Shown: piece after piece, positions 29,223 through 40,422 of the stretch
How the letters are laid out: each line of letters begins with the position of its first letter
How positions within the stretch are numbered: position 1 is the stretch's first letter
The notes under the pieces: generated by a model
What the model was told of the DNA's origin: nothing
Seen by the model: the letters and a program-made list of their open reading frames with translations, nothing else
Databases searched by the model: none
Program-made: the position numbers and the translations under genes
Assembly: GCA_050739575.1 (NCBI GenBank)
Contig: JBOIBN010000002.1
Coordinates: 2,404-66,403, forward strand
Direction: 5' to 3'
DNA: 64,000 nucleotides
Origin: Gammaproteobacteria bacterium
Lineage (GTDB): Bacteria > Pseudomonadota > Gammaproteobacteria > JAKDMP01

Positions 29223-29687
29223 CTATATCATTTTCTGGCTGTAGTTTTCAATACCGATGCGTTCGATCAGGTCGAGTTGGGTTTCCAGCCAGTCTATGTG
29301 TTCTTCCTCGCTTTCGAGGATGTCTTCCAGCAGATCGCGCGAGACGTAGTCGCTGACCTTTTCGCAATGGGCGATGGCTTCGCGGAGTGGCGGATGGGCA
29401 TCGCGTTCGAGCTTGAGATCGCACTCGATGATTTCCTTCACGTCCTCGCCGAGGTGTAACTTGCCGAGATCCTGGAGGTTGGGCAGGCCCTCCAGAAACA
29501 GGATGCGCTCGATCAGCCGGTCGGCATGCTTCATCTCGTCTATGGATTCGTTGTATTCGTGTTCGTCCAGTTGCTTGAGTCCCCAGTTCTTGTACATGCG
29601 CGCATGCACGAAGTACTGGTTGATCGCGGTGAGTTCGTTTTTGAGGATCTGGTTGAGGTGCTGGATGACGGTTTTATCGCCTTGCAT
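29223..29687 (-). CDS. bfr: Bacterioferritin
   Basis: [37 protein letters not shown]...[24 protein letters not shown]; near-identical in pattern to E. coli Bfr. Confidence 0.9.
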   Translation of the reverse strand: MQGDKTVIQHLNQILKNELTAINQYFVHARMYKNWGLKQLDEHEYNESIDEMKHADRLIERILFLEGLPNLQDLGKLHLGEDVKEIIECDLKLERDAHPPLREAIAHCEKVSDYVSRDLLEDILESEEEHIDWLETQLDLIERIGIENYSQKMI

Positions 29688-29806
29688 GATCGGCTCCCGG
29701 ACGCGAATGGATAACAACCTATGCTACAGCGTAGCGCAGACTTGTTATCGGGGCAATAAAATCGATCCGGGCGGAATCGCCGCCTGAACACAGTCGTGTA
29801 GCGTCG

Positions 29807-30028
29807 TCAGCCCGTCTTGGCCAAGTGATGAGAGGTGACGAGCTGCAGGCGGCGAGCCGGTTTGCTCTTGAGGCTTTCGACGAGAATCTCGCGAACCTCG
29901 GATTCGCAGCAGCCGCAGCAGGTGGAGACTTCCAGCGATTCCTGTAGTGCTTCGAAAGTCGTGTCTCCCTCAGTTACGGCCTCGCGGATGCGGTGGTCGG
30001 TCACGGCATTGCAGCAGCAGACATACAT
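29807..30028 (-). CDS. bfd: Bacterioferritin-associated ferredoxin (2Fe-2S)
   Basis: MYVCCCNAVTDHRIREAV...CCGCCESEV; Cys pattern as in Bfd. Confidence 0.8.
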   Translation of the reverse strand: MYVCCCNAVTDHRIREAVTEGDTTFEALQESLEVSTCCGCCESEVREILVESLKSKPARRLQLVTSHHLAKTG

Positions 30029-30100
30029 AGGCTAAGGCCATGGAATTGAACCGGCTACAGTCTAAATGCAAACGAGAATCATTGTCAACGCCGCCACGGC

Positions 30101-31246
30101 TCAAACAGTGAGCAAGCTCTCGAAAATGCCCGAATAAATGCGGGTGAGGCTATTCAAGTCGGTGAGGCTGACGTGTTCGTTTGCCTTGTGGATGGATTCG
30201 CGCACCGGGCCGAGTTCGACCACTTCGGCGCCGGTCGGGGCGATGAAGCGCCCGTCGGAGGTGCCGCCTCCGGTGGCGAGCGCGGGCGTCACGCCGGTTT
30301 CCGCTTCGATTGCCCCGACGGTTGCCCGGCGGAGTGCGCCGTCGAGCGAGAGGAAAGGTTGCCCGCCGTCGCGCCAGGCAATTTCGCTTCTCGGTGCGTG
30401 GCGGGTAAAAATTTCCGCTACGCGTCGTTGTAGGTCTTCGGGTTCGAAGGGTGGCGGGTAGCGGAAATTGAATTGCGCGCTCGCCCGACCGGGGATGACG
30501 TTGCTGACGCCAGTGCCGGCCGCAATATTAGCGATCTGGAACGAAAGCGGCGGGAAGGCCGGATCGCCCGGCGGCCATTCGACGGCCGCGAGTTCGGTGA
30601 GCGCGGCCAGCAGCCGGTGTGCGGCATTGTCGGCGTGATCGGGATAGGCGACATGACCCTGCACACCGTGCACGGTGACATGACCGGTGAGCGAGCCGCG
30701 GCGGCCGATGCGGATCTCATCTCCAGCCAGCGCGATGCTCGACGGTTCACCGACCAGGCAATGATCTATCCGCACGCCACGTTCGCCCAGCGCTTCCATC
30801 ACCCGCCGGGTGCCGTCGCACGCCGGGCCTTCCTCGTCGGACGTAATCAGGAAGGCGAGCGTGCCGCGATGCCGCGGATGTTGTCGCACGAAACCGGTTG
30901 CGGCCGTGACCAGGGTGGCGAGTCCGCCCTTCATGTCGGCGGCGCCGCGCCCGTAAAGCCGCCCGTCGCGCACGACGGGCTCAAACGGGTCGCTGACCCA
31001 GTCTTCGAGCGGACCTGTCGGAACGACGTCTGTGTGTCCGGCCAACGCGAGCAGGGGCGAGCCTTCGCCGTGGGTTGCCCACAGGTTGGATACTTCGCCG
31101 AAGGGCATCGCCTCAAGCGTAAAACCTGCTGCTTCGAGCCTTTCGCCGATGAGTGCCTGACAGCCGGCATCGCTTGGCGTCAACGATCGCCTGCGGATGA
31201 GCGCGCTTGCGAGTTCGAGTACGGCTTCAGGCGAAGCTGCGCTCAT
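30101..31246 (-). CDS. dapE: Succinyl-diaminopimelate desuccinylase
   Basis: M20 peptidase motifs [19 protein letters not shown]. Confidence 0.9.
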   Translation of the reverse strand: MSAASPEAVLELASALIRRRSLTPSDAGCQALIGERLEAAGFTLEAMPFGEVSNLWATHGEGSPLLALAGHTDVVPTGPLEDWVSDPFEPVVRDGRLYGRGAADMKGGLATLVTAATGFVRQHPRHRGTLAFLITSDEEGPACDGTRRVMEALGERGVRIDHCLVGEPSSIALAGDEIRIGRRGSLTGHVTVHGVQGHVAYPDHADNAAHRLLAALTELAAVEWPPGDPAFPPLSFQIANIAAGTGVSNVIPGRASAQFNFRYPPPFEPEDLQRRVAEIFTRHAPRSEIAWRDGGQPFLSLDGALRRATVGAIEAETGVTPALATGGGTSDGRFIAPTGAEVVELGPVRESIHKANEHVSLTDLNSLTRIYSGIFESLLTV

Positions 31247-32079
31247 TCGTTCGGAAGATCGCGCAGCAGTTCGTTGATGCCGGTCTTGGCGCGCGTCTTT
31301 GCGTCCACCCGTTTGACGATGATGGCCGCGTTGAGGCTGTGCGAGCCGTCGGCCGCGGGAAGCGAACCGGCGACCACGACGCTGCCGGCGGGCACGCGAC
31401 CGTAGCTGGTTTCGCCGCTTGCGCGATCGTAGATGCGGGTGGACTGACCGAGAAATACGCCCATGCCGATCACGCTGCCCCGTTCGACAATGACGCCTTC
31501 AACGATTTCGGAACGCGCACCGATGAAGCAATCGTCCTCGATAATGGTCGGCGCGGCCTGCAGCGGTTCGAGCACGCCACCGATGCCGGCGCCGCCGGAT
31601 AGATGCACGCGCTCGCCGATCTGCGCGCAGGAGCCGACTGTGGCCCAAGTGTCCACCATGCTGCCTGCACCGATGTGCGCGCCGATGTTTACGTAGCTCG
31701 GCATGAGCACGGTATCGGGGCCGATCCAGGCGCCGCGACGCACGGTCGCCGGTGGCACCAAGCGCACGCGTTCGCGTGCAAAGTCATCGGCACCGTAACC
31801 GGCGTATTTGAGCGGTACTTTGTCGTAGCCGCGCAATGCGTCCAGTTCGATGGGTTGGCTTTCGGTGATGCGAAAATAAAGCAGTATCGCCTTCTTCAGC
31901 CACTCGTTTACACGCCACCCGTTCGGACCGGGCTCGGCGACACGGGCCTCGCCGCGGTCGAGCAAGCCGATAGCGGTTTCAATGCCTGCATGCAGTGCGT
32001 CTGACGTGCGTGCGCGGTCGAGCGTTGTGTGCACTTCGAATGCGGTTTCAATTTCGCTGCGTGCAGCTTCAGGCGTCAT
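31243..32079 (-). CDS. dapD: Tetrahydrodipicolinate N-succinyltransferase
   Basis: Hexapeptide-repeat LbetaH region and typical DapD N-terminus; 4-nt overlap with dapE. Confidence 0.9.
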   Translation of the reverse strand: MTPEAARSEIETAFEVHTTLDRARTSDALHAGIETAIGLLDRGEARVAEPGPNGWRVNEWLKKAILLYFRITESQPIELDALRGYDKVPLKYAGYGADDFARERVRLVPPATVRRGAWIGPDTVLMPSYVNIGAHIGAGSMVDTWATVGSCAQIGERVHLSGGAGIGGVLEPLQAAPTIIEDDCFIGARSEIVEGVIVERGSVIGMGVFLGQSTRIYDRASGETSYGRVPAGSVVVAGSLPAADGSHSLNAAIIVKRVDAKTRAKTGINELLRDLPNE

Positions 32080-33283
32080 AGCGCGTTACAAAACGGGCGA
32101 GACGATGGAGTGCTTCTTCGCAGACCGCCTCTTCGGGCACCAGCGAGACGCGCAGATAACTGGCGCCGGGATCGCCGTCCGGCGTCGGGCGCGAAATATA
32201 TCGGCCGGGCAAGGTAATCAATCCTTCAGTGCCGTACAACTCGCGCGCGAAGCGTTCGTCGTCTCCGCCCGGCACCGCAAGCCATAAATAAAACGCACCG
32301 GGCGGAATCTCTACCGGCAACACCGGACCGAGAATTCTCTGCGCAGCGGCAAACTTTGCCTGGTAGCGCCTGCGGTTCGCTGCGACGTGCTCGATGTCGG
32401 ACCAGGCGGCGATGCTCGCCTTCTGCGTGGCGATCGGCATGGCGCAGCCGTGATAGGTTCGATAGGCCGCGAGTGGTCCGATGACGGCGGCATCACCGGC
32501 GACCAGACCGGAGCGCAGCCCGGGAACGCTCGAACGCTTGGAGAGGCTGTGAAAGACAACGAGATTACGAAAATCGTCGCGGCCGATGGCTGCGGCCGCC
32601 TCGAGCGCGCCGGGCGGCGGAGCGGATTCGTCCGTGTAGATGTCGGCATAGCATTCGTCGGCGGCGATGACGAAGTCGTAGCGGTCGGCGAGCGCGAAGG
32701 CGAGCTTCCAGTCTTCGGGGTCAAGTACCGCACCGCTCGGGTTGCCCGGCGAGCACAGGAAAAGCACCTGGCAACGCTTCCACACTTCGTCCGGCACCGC
32801 TGCAAGTTCGGGCTTGTGGTTCGTCGCCGCATCAGTGTTCATGAACCAGGGTCGGACACCGGCGAGCAGCGCCGCACCTTCGTAAATCTGATAGAAGGGA
32901 TTGGGCATCACCACGAGCGGATCACGCGTACGATCGACGACCGCTTGCACGAAGGCGAACAGCCCCTCGCGCGTGCCGTTGACCGGCAGCACCTGGCGAT
33001 CGGGATCGAGCGCGCCGGGCGCGAGCCGGTAGCGGCGCATCAAGGCATCTGCCATCGCCGCGCGCAACTCCGGCAAACCCCGCGCAGTGGGATAACTCGC
33101 AAGTTCGCCGGCGTGCCGCTTCAGTGCTTCGACGATAAAGTCCGGCGGCGCATGCCGCGGCTCGCCAATCGAAAGTGCGATGGGCGTGCGATCCGCCGGA
33201 GGGGTCGCGTCGGCGAGGAGCGTTGCAAGCCGCTCGAAGGGGTACGGTTTCAGAAGCCGGATATCAGGGTTCATGGCGCGCAT
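32069..33283 (-). CDS. dapC: Succinyldiaminopimelate aminotransferase (class I PLP aminotransferase)
   Basis: [16 protein letters not shown]... N-terminus and PLP-lysine region. An alternative ATG at 33274 is possible. Confidence 0.8.
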   Translation of the reverse strand: MRAMNPDIRLLKPYPFERLATLLADATPPADRTPIALSIGEPRHAPPDFIVEALKRHAGELASYPTARGLPELRAAMADALMRRYRLAPGALDPDRQVLPVNGTREGLFAFVQAVVDRTRDPLVVMPNPFYQIYEGAALLAGVRPWFMNTDAATNHKPELAAVPDEVWKRCQVLFLCSPGNPSGAVLDPEDWKLAFALADRYDFVIAADECYADIYTDESAPPPGALEAAAAIGRDDFRNLVVFHSLSKRSSVPGLRSGLVAGDAAVIGPLAAYRTYHGCAMPIATQKASIAAWSDIEHVAANRRRYQAKFAAAQRILGPVLPVEIPPGAFYLWLAVPGGDDERFARELYGTEGLITLPGRYISRPTPDGDPGASYLRVSLVPEEAVCEEALHRLARFVTRYDA

Positions 33284-33402
33284 GCGAAAGGGGATCGGAA
33301 GATATTATGGTGCGTAATTTTCTCACAATGCGTCGAACCGCCCGTCGCATCCTTGTCGTGCGCGGGATTTCGAACCGAAACTGTCCCTGCTTTGCGATCG
33401 GT

Positions 33403-35976
33403 TCAGACTTCATCGGCGATTTCGGTGTGGAGGGCGCTTTCAAGCGCGGTGCGTGTGGTGGCATCGAGTGACCGGCCGTCGGCATCGGTGATGTGGAAAA
33501 CATCTTCGGCCCGCTCGCCGATCGTCATGACCCGGGCCGCGCGCAGTTGAATCTTGCCGTGCTTGAAGGCGCGTGCCACCGCGGCGAGAAGACCGGGATG
33601 GTCGCCGGCATGGAGCTCCAGCACGTCGTAGCGGCTCTCGGGATCCTTCGAGAAGGAAATTCGGGTCGGGGTCCGGAACAAGCGGACCTGACGCGGTGTG
33701 GGTCGGATAACGCGGTGCGGCGTTGCGGAGTCGCGTTCGAGTTCTTCCATCAGCGAGGTTTCGGTGCGTTCGATGCGTCGCGGATCTTCAATCGGGCTGC
33801 CGTCGGCTTCGAACACCAGATAGGTATCGAGCGTTGCTTCATCGCCGATCGGTACGCAGCGCGCAGCCGCAATGGTGAGCCCCAGTTGTGCAAGTACGGC
33901 GGTGACGCGGGCGAAGGCAAAACTCTCGCGGGTGCAGTAGATGGCGATTGCCGTGCCCGTACCCAGGGGCGCCGCGCGCAGAAAAACGGCCGGCGGCCCG
34001 GCGGCGGCGAGCAGCGCACGGGTATGCCAGGAGATTTCTTCCGGCGTGTACCGCAAAAAGTAGTCGTCGCCGAACCTGTGCCAAAGCCGTGTTACGGCGG
34101 AGTTGCCGCCGCCCAGCAGTGCGCGTGCCTCGCGTTTACGCACGGCGATTTCGTTCGCTGCATCTGTCGGATGTTCGAGCCCGCGCCACAGAGCGCGGCT
34201 GCACCGCTGATAGAGTTCGCCGAAAAGCGCTTCGCGCCAGGCATTCCATAGCGCGGGGTTGGTGGCGTGCACGTCCGCCGCGGTAAGCACGTAAAGGTAA
34301 TCGAGGCGACGCTGATCGCCCACGAGACGCGCGAAAGCGGCGGTGACCTCGGGGTCGGAAAGATCCGATTTCTGAGCCGTCACCGAAAGTGCCAGATGAT
34401 GTTGCACCAGCCAACCGACAAGTTCAGCGTCGCTGCGTGCGAGGCCGTGGTCGAGCGCAAAACTCCGGGCCTCGCGGGCGCCGAGTTGCGAATGATCGCC
34501 GCCGCGCCCCTTGGCGATGTCGTGAAACAGTGCCGCGAGAAAAATTACCTCCGGACGGTCGAGCCGCGCGGCGGCCGCACGCAGATCCGGGCGAGCCGGT
34601 TCAAAGCGGCCGTGGCACAGGCTTTCGACGTTGGCGAGCACGCGCAGAATGTGTTCATCCACCGTATAGACGTGGAAGAGGTCGTATTGCATGCGTCCGG
34701 CGACGCGAGCGAAGGCCGGCAGATAACGGCCGAGCACGCCGGTTTCGTGCATCGCCGCCATAGCTGCGGCGACCCGATTCGGAGCCGAAAACAGGGCCAG
34801 GAAAGCGGCGCGGTTGTCGGCATCACGACGAAAGGACGCGTCTATCAGAGGCAGCGCAGTGGCGATGGAGCGGTGGGCTCCAGGAGCGAGTCCGCGCAGG
34901 TGTGGATCGCGTTGCCAGTGAAGAAAAATCCCGAGCAGGAGCCGCGGGTTTTCGTGGGGCAGGTCAGGATGGTCGAAATCCAGCGCGGTGCCGCGGGCGA
35001 GGAATTCCGGCGTAAGCGTTCGCGCCTCGTCGCGCTCGTCGGCAAGACTCGCGAAGAGGAGATCGTTAAGATGGGCAATGTCGGCTGCGCTGCGGTAATA
35101 GTCCTGCATCATCACCTCGACCGCCAGCGCACCGGAGCGGGGACGGTAGCCGAGCAGTTCCGCGGCGCGCGGCTGCAGGTCAAAAAGCAGACGATCTTCG
35201 CTCCGACCGGCAAGAGAATGCAGGGCAAGACGGATACGGGCGAGTACGCGGGCGGCGTGCGCGAGAGCCCGACGTTCTTCGACAAGGATCAGGCCCGCGC
35301 GTTCCAAGTCTGTGAGCGTGGGGCGGCGTCGGCCGAGATGGCGGGCGCCCAGCCAGTGCAGCGTGTTGAGATCGCGCAGTCCGCCCGGGCCCTCCTTGAC
35401 GCTGGGTTCCAGTTTCTGAGTGGTGCCGTCGTAGCGGGCATAGCGCTCGGCTCGCTCGCGGCGTTTGGCCTTGAGGTAGGTGGTCTCGGGCCAGAGATCC
35501 GGAGACGTGAGTAGCGTATCGAGTGCGCGTGCAAGCCGTCGCTCGCCCGCGAGGAGACGGGCTTCCGTCAGGGCGGTAAAAATGGTGGCATCGGCGGCGG
35601 CCTGGTGGGTTTCGCCCAGAGTGCGCACGCCGGATCCGACCTTGAGTCCGAGATCCCATAGACGGCGCACGAAGCGCTCCACGCCTTGGCTCGTTGCGGA
35701 TGGGGTGGGCTCGGCCAGGATTACGGCAAGGTCGATGTCCGAGCCGGGATACAGCTCGCGCCGACCGTAGCCGCCGGTCGCGAACAGCGCCGCGCCATTT
35801 CCGGACATGCTCTCGCTCCAAGCGGAGCGGATGACCGCGTCCACTGCCTGGGCGTGGCCGGCAAGAAGCTGAGCGGGAGACTTTCGCGCCGCGATGCCGG
35901 CGGCGAGGCTCGCGCGAGCCTGGTTCAGCGCCTCGAGGAGGGGATCGTCGCTGGCCTTAGTGGCTAAAGGTCTCAT
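33403..35976 (-). CDS. glnD: Bifunctional [protein-PII] uridylyltransferase/uridylyl-removing enzyme
   Basis: 857 aa with nucleotidyltransferase, HD and two ACT domains in the conserved position next to map. Confidence 0.9.
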   Translation of the reverse strand: MRPLATKASDDPLLEALNQARASLAAGIAARKSPAQLLAGHAQAVDAVIRSAWSESMSGNGAALFATGGYGRRELYPGSDIDLAVILAEPTPSATSQGVERFVRRLWDLGLKVGSGVRTLGETHQAAADATIFTALTEARLLAGERRLARALDTLLTSPDLWPETTYLKAKRRERAERYARYDGTTQKLEPSVKEGPGGLRDLNTLHWLGARHLGRRRPTLTDLERAGLILVEERRALAHAARVLARIRLALHSLAGRSEDRLLFDLQPRAAELLGYRPRSGALAVEVMMQDYYRSAADIAHLNDLLFASLADERDEARTLTPEFLARGTALDFDHPDLPHENPRLLLGIFLHWQRDPHLRGLAPGAHRSIATALPLIDASFRRDADNRAAFLALFSAPNRVAAAMAAMHETGVLGRYLPAFARVAGRMQYDLFHVYTVDEHILRVLANVESLCHGRFEPARPDLRAAAARLDRPEVIFLAALFHDIAKGRGGDHSQLGAREARSFALDHGLARSDAELVGWLVQHHLALSVTAQKSDLSDPEVTAAFARLVGDQRRLDYLYVLTAADVHATNPALWNAWREALFGELYQRCSRALWRGLEHPTDAANEIAVRKREARALLGGGNSAVTRLWHRFGDDYFLRYTPEEISWHTRALLAAAGPPAVFLRAAPLGTGTAIAIYCTRESFAFARVTAVLAQLGLTIAAARCVPIGDEATLDTYLVFEADGSPIEDPRRIERTETSLMEELERDSATPHRVIRPTPRQVRLFRTPTRISFSKDPESRYDVLELHAGDHPGLLAAVARAFKHGKIQLRAARVMTIGERAEDVFHITDADGRSLDATTRTALESALHTEIADEV

Positions 35977-36730
35977 CCGCGCGCGCGGTCAGCACGTCAA
36001 AGCCGTTGTGGGTTACAAGCACGGTATGTTCCCATTGGGCGGACAGCGAATGGTCCTTGGTGACGACGGTCCAGCCGTCCGGGAGGAGTTTCGTGTGGCG
36101 TTTGCCGGCGTTTACCATGGGCTCGATGGTGAAGGTCATGCCCGGTTCGAGCGCAAGGCCCGTATCCGGCTCGCCGTAGTGCAGCACTTGCGGATCCTCG
36201 TGGTAGCCTCGGCCGATGCCATGCCCGCAGTATTCGCGCACGATCGAATAGCCGCGCGACTCGGCGTGGCGCTGGATGGCATAACCGATGTCGCCCAGGC
36301 GTGTGCCTGGACGTACCATCTCGAGCCCGATTTTCATCGCCTCGTAAGTCGTTTCCACCAAGCGACGGGCCTGCACTGAGGGTTCGCCCACAAAGTACAT
36401 GCGGCTGGTGTCGCCGTAAAAACCGTCCATGATCACCGCGGTGTCGATGTTGATGATGTCACCGTCCCTGAGTCGTTTGTCGCCCGGGATGCCATGACAG
36501 ACCACATGGTTGACCGAGGCACAGATGGTTTTCGGAAAGCCGCGATAACCGACGTTGGCGGGAATGACCTTCTGCACGTTTACAATGTGTTCGTGGCAGA
36601 TTGCATCGAGTTCGTCGGTGCTGATGCCGGAGCGGACGTGCGGCGCCACCACGTCGAGTACCTCGGCTGTCAGGTGTGCGGCTTGGCGCATTTTTTCGAT
36701 TTCTTCCGGCGTTTTGACGGTGATGGCCAT
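35957..36730 (-). CDS. map: Methionine aminopeptidase type I
   Basis: MAITVKTPEEIEKMRQAAHL... with metal ligands D/D/H/E/E. Start set at ATG 36730. Confidence 0.9.
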   Translation of the reverse strand: MAITVKTPEEIEKMRQAAHLTAEVLDVVAPHVRSGISTDELDAICHEHIVNVQKVIPANVGYRGFPKTICASVNHVVCHGIPGDKRLRDGDIINIDTAVIMDGFYGDTSRMYFVGEPSVQARRLVETTYEAMKIGLEMVRPGTRLGDIGYAIQRHAESRGYSIVREYCGHGIGRGYHEDPQVLHYGEPDTGLALEPGMTFTIEPMVNAGKRHTKLLPDGWTVVTKDHSLSAQWEHTVLVTHNGFDVLTARADETFSH

Positions 36731-36929
36731 GCGGCCCTCCGGGCGGATCGCAATAGTTATTGTATCGTCGAAAGCGCTCAGGTTAGAATAAGCCAATTAA
36801 TTCCACACACGCGCCGACACATGCGGCCGGGTGCCCCGCCTCCGATCCCTTCATGACTGATGATGAAGGATCAGAGAGCGGGGTTGTCGCATGGGACGCG
36901 TGGAGGCTCAACCCGGACGGAGATTGACT

Positions 36930-37964
36930 ATGGCAACCGTATCCATGCGCAGCATGCTCGAGGCGGGCGTGCATTTCGGCCATCAGACCCGATTCTGGAA
37001 TCCGAAGATGGCGCCCTACATCTTCGGGCACCGCAGTCGAATCCACATCATCAACCTCGAAGCGACGGTGCCGTTGCTCGAGGAGGCCGGCAATTATCTC
37101 TCCAAACTGGCAGCTCAGGGCGGACAAGTGCTGTTCGTCGGCACCAAGCGGGCGGCGCACGACGTCATTCCACGCGAGGCGGCCCGTTGCAACATGCCGT
37201 ACGTGAACCAGCGCTGGCTGGGCGGTACGCTTACCAACTTTGCAACCATCCGTCGCTCGGTCAAGCGCCTGCTCGAACTCGAAGCCATGATCGAGGACGG
37301 GACACTGGAGCGCCTGATCAAGAAGGAGGCGGTCGGCTTGCGCCGCGAGCAGGGGAAGCTCGAAAACAGCCTCGGCGGCATCCGCGGCATGGAATCCCTG
37401 CCGGATGCCTTGTTCGTGGTAGACGTCGGTTACGAAAAAATCGCGGTTGCAGAGGCCAACAAGCTCGGTATTCCAGTGATCGGAATTGTGGATACCAACA
37501 ACAGCCCTGACGGTGTGGATTACGTCATTCCCGGCAACGACGACGCCATTTCAGCGATCGAGTTGTTCGTAAGCGCCGCCGCGGATGCCCTGATTGCCGG
37601 GCGCGAAACACTGCCGGTGATCGAAGGCGATGCCGAGGACTTCGTCGAAGAAGAAGAGGTCCAGAAAATTACGCACCGCCAGCGGCCACGCACGGCCCGC
37701 GCCAGGACTGGGGAGGACGCATCAGCTTCCAAACCGGCTCCGCGCAAGCGCACGTCAAAGCCCCCCAAGGGGTCGCCCGATCAGCCGGTTGCCGATGAGC
37801 CCGCCGCGGAGGACTCCGCCGAGTCTGGACCCAGACCGCAGCCGAAATCCAGGATCCGCGCGAAGCCAAAGGCTAAGGCAACAGCGAAAGCAGAGGGTGT
37901 GGTCGAGTCGAATGCGGCCGAGTTCGTTGGCGAACCCGAAACTGACGAATCTGAAGATGAGTAA
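36930..37964 (+). CDS. rpsB: 30S ribosomal protein S2 with a ~100-aa charged, low-complexity C-terminal extension
   Basis: [27 protein letters not shown]...; the body ends ~aa 245, followed by [26 protein letters not shown]...[12 protein letters not shown]...ETDESEDE. Confidence 0.9.
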   Translation: MATVSMRSMLEAGVHFGHQTRFWNPKMAPYIFGHRSRIHIINLEATVPLLEEAGNYLSKLAAQGGQVLFVGTKRAAHDVIPREAARCNMPYVNQRWLGGTLTNFATIRRSVKRLLELEAMIEDGTLERLIKKEAVGLRREQGKLENSLGGIRGMESLPDALFVVDVGYEKIAVAEANKLGIPVIGIVDTNNSPDGVDYVIPGNDDAISAIELFVSAAADALIAGRETLPVIEGDAEDFVEEEEVQKITHRQRPRTARARTGEDASASKPAPRKRTSKPPKGSPDQPVADEPAAEDSAESGPRPQPKSRIRAKPKAKATAKAEGVVESNAAEFVGEPETDESEDE

Positions 37965-37988
37965 GAACGGGATTGAATGGAGGAACGG

Positions 37989-38864
37989 ATGAGCATCAGC
38001 GCTGCACAAGTCAAGGCGCTGCGCGAGCGCACCGGTGCCGGCATGATGGAATGCAAGAAAGCCTTGACCGAAACTGGAGGTGATCTCGAAGCTGCGGTCG
38101 AGTTCATGCGCAAGGCCGGACTCGCCAAGGCCGACAAACGATCCGCCCGCACCGCGGCCGAGGGCCGGATTGCGCTGGCGGCAAACAACAGAGCCGCGGC
38201 CATGGTCGAGATCAACAGCGAGACCGATTTTGTCGCCGGGGGTCAGGATCTGGCAATCTTTGCAGACGCGGTCGCGGCACTCGTGCTCGCGGCGGCGCCG
38301 ACGGATGTGGAGGAGTTGTCCGCGCTGCATCTGCCCATGGGCGGAACGGTAGACGCGCTCCGGCGTGAACTGGTCGCGAAACTCGGCGAAAACATTGCCG
38401 TGCGCCGTATCGCCCGCCTGGCGACTGAGACGGGGGTAATCGGCCGCTATCTGCACGGTATCCGAATCGGGGTGCTGGTCGAACTCGAAGGCGGTGACGA
38501 AGACCTGGCCAAGGATGTCGCCATGCATATCGCTGCGAGCCGGCCGATCTGCGTGACGCCCGAACATCTGCCCGAGGATCTTCTTGCGCGGGAACGCGAG
38601 ATTCATCGCGCCCAGGCCGAGGCGAGCGGCAAGCCCCCCGCAATCGTTGCGAAGATGGTCGAAGGGCGTGTGGCGAAATATGCCAATGAAATGGCGCTCA
38701 CAGGGCAGCCTTTCGTGAAAAACCCTGATCACACGGTTGGTACGCTGTTGGAGTCGAATGGCGCACGCGTACACGGTTTCGCGCGTTTCGAGGTGGGCGA
38801 GGGCATCGAGAAGGAAGAAACGGACTTCGCAGCAGAAGTCATGGCCCAGGCGCGAGGCCGTTAG
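37989..38864 (+). CDS. tsf: Elongation factor Ts
   Basis: [26 protein letters not shown]; GGAGG RBS. Confidence 0.9.
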   Translation: MSISAAQVKALRERTGAGMMECKKALTETGGDLEAAVEFMRKAGLAKADKRSARTAAEGRIALAANNRAAAMVEINSETDFVAGGQDLAIFADAVAALVLAAAPTDVEELSALHLPMGGTVDALRRELVAKLGENIAVRRIARLATETGVIGRYLHGIRIGVLVELEGGDEDLAKDVAMHIAASRPICVTPEHLPEDLLAREREIHRAQAEASGKPPAIVAKMVEGRVAKYANEMALTGQPFVKNPDHTVGTLLESNGARVHGFARFEVGEGIEKEETDFAAEVMAQARGR

Positions 38865-38880
38865 GCCCGGCGGGCTCGAA

Positions 38881-39660
38881 ATGGACACGCCGGCGAAAAG
38901 CGGGAGAAAGGCAGGGCGCCCCGCTGCCTGTCGCCGCGTGGTTCTCAAGCTTTCCGGCGAAGCACTGATGGGCGATGCCGAATACGGCATAGACCCGCAG
39001 ATGCTCTCGCGGCTCGCCGCCGAAATCGGCGAGGCACACAAGCTGGATGTGCAGCTTGCGATCGTGATCGGTGGAGGCAATCTCTTTCGCGGGGCGGGAC
39101 TCGCTCAACACGGCATGGATCGCGTGACCGGCGACCACATGGGCATGCTCGCGACGGTGATGAACGCACTCGCCCTGCAAGGCGCACTCGAACGCAGCGG
39201 GCTCGAGGTTCGGGTCATGTCGGCAATCCGCATCAATGAGGTCTGCGAAGACTTCATCCGCCGCCGAGCGATCCGTCATCTCGAAAAGGGGCGGGTGATC
39301 GTTCTCGCCGCCGGCACCGGCAATCCCTATTTCACGACCGACACCGCGGCGAGCCTGCGCGCTGCGGAAATCGGCGCCGATCTGCTCGCCAAGGGCACCA
39401 AGGTGGACGGCGTGTACGATGCAGACCCCGTAAAGCATCCCGAGGCGCGCCGTTACTCCCGGCTCGGTTTCGATCGGGCGATAGACGAACGGCTCGCGGT
39501 GATGGATACGACGGCACTGGTGATGTGCCGCGAACGTGCGCTGCCGCTCAGGGTTTTTCCCATTTACACTCCCGGCGCTTTTGTGCGCATCCTGGAGGGG
39601 GACGACGTCGGCACGCTGGTTACCAACGGAGACGAATATGATTACGTTGTTCCAGGTTGA
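38881..39660 (+). CDS. pyrH: UMP kinase
   Basis: [12 protein letters not shown]...[11 protein letters not shown] motifs. Confidence 0.9.
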   Translation: MDTPAKSGRKAGRPAACRRVVLKLSGEALMGDAEYGIDPQMLSRLAAEIGEAHKLDVQLAIVIGGGNLFRGAGLAQHGMDRVTGDHMGMLATVMNALALQGALERSGLEVRVMSAIRINEVCEDFIRRRAIRHLEKGRVIVLAAGTGNPYFTTDTAASLRAAEIGADLLAKGTKVDGVYDADPVKHPEARRYSRLGFDRAIDERLAVMDTTALVMCRERALPLRVFPIYTPGAFVRILEGDDVGTLVTNGDEYDYVVPG

Positions 39661-39689
39661 TCGGTCTGCAGCAGGCAGGAAGTGTTGAG

Positions 39690-40250
39690 ATGACGGCCGA
39701 CGCCATACATCGCGACGCCGATGAGCGCATGGACAAGAGCCTTGTGGCGCTGCGCGAAGCCTTTGCCAAGATTCGTACCGGACGTGCGCACACCAGTCTG
39801 CTCGACCATCTGCGCGTCGAGTATTACGGCGCCGAAGTGCCCTTGAGCCAGGTGGCGAACGTGACGGTGCTGGATGCCCGCACGCTTTCCATCGCGCCAT
39901 GGGACAAGCAGATGGTGCCGGTAATCGAGAAGGCCGTCATGAATGCCGATCTCGGCCTCAATCCTGTTGCTGCCGGTACCGTCATGCGCGTGCCGCTGCC
40001 CTCGCTCACCGAAGAGCGCCGTCGTGAACTGGTGCGGGTGGTGCGTCAGGAAGCGGAGGGCGCCCGCGTCGCGGTACGCAATGTACGCCGCGACGCACTC
40101 GGCGGGCTGAAGGAACTCGTACGCAAAAAGGAAATCACGGAGGATGACGAACGCCGGAATGCCGAGGCCATGCAGAAAATCACCGATCGCCACGTCGCAC
40201 GGATCGAGGAACTTTTGCAGGCCAAGGAAGCCGAACTGATGGAGGTCTAA
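39690..40250 (+). CDS. frr: Ribosome recycling factor
   Basis: [29 protein letters not shown]...[10 protein letters not shown]. Confidence 0.9.
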   Translation: MTADAIHRDADERMDKSLVALREAFAKIRTGRAHTSLLDHLRVEYYGAEVPLSQVANVTVLDARTLSIAPWDKQMVPVIEKAVMNADLGLNPVAAGTVMRVPLPSLTEERRRELVRVVRQEAEGARVAVRNVRRDALGGLKELVRKKEITEDDERRNAEAMQKITDRHVARIEELLQAKEAELMEV

Positions 40251-40422
40251 AGGTTGTTGCCAACCTTGCTTCACCTATGCCGATGGAATTCTGCGGACCT
40301 TCTTTTGGAAGTCGGCCGGTGGTTGCCTAGTGGTGCATGTCGAGCAGAGAAAATCCAACCTCGTTCTTTCACACGTCGTCTGATGATTCCTTGCGTGACG
40401 TCATGATCGCCGCCCCGACCGG

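Noticed and set aside
28445-29356. 303-aa Arg-rich plus-strand ORF spanning ssrA, the lysozyme gene and the bfr 3' end
   Set aside because: Overlaps a recognisable RNA gene and two recognisable proteins on the other strand; GC-driven artefact.
36797-36929. Possible structured rpsB leader (S2 autoregulatory element) in the 130-nt 5' UTR between map and rpsB
   Set aside because: I could not identify the conserved pseudoknot convincingly by eye. Left unannotated.
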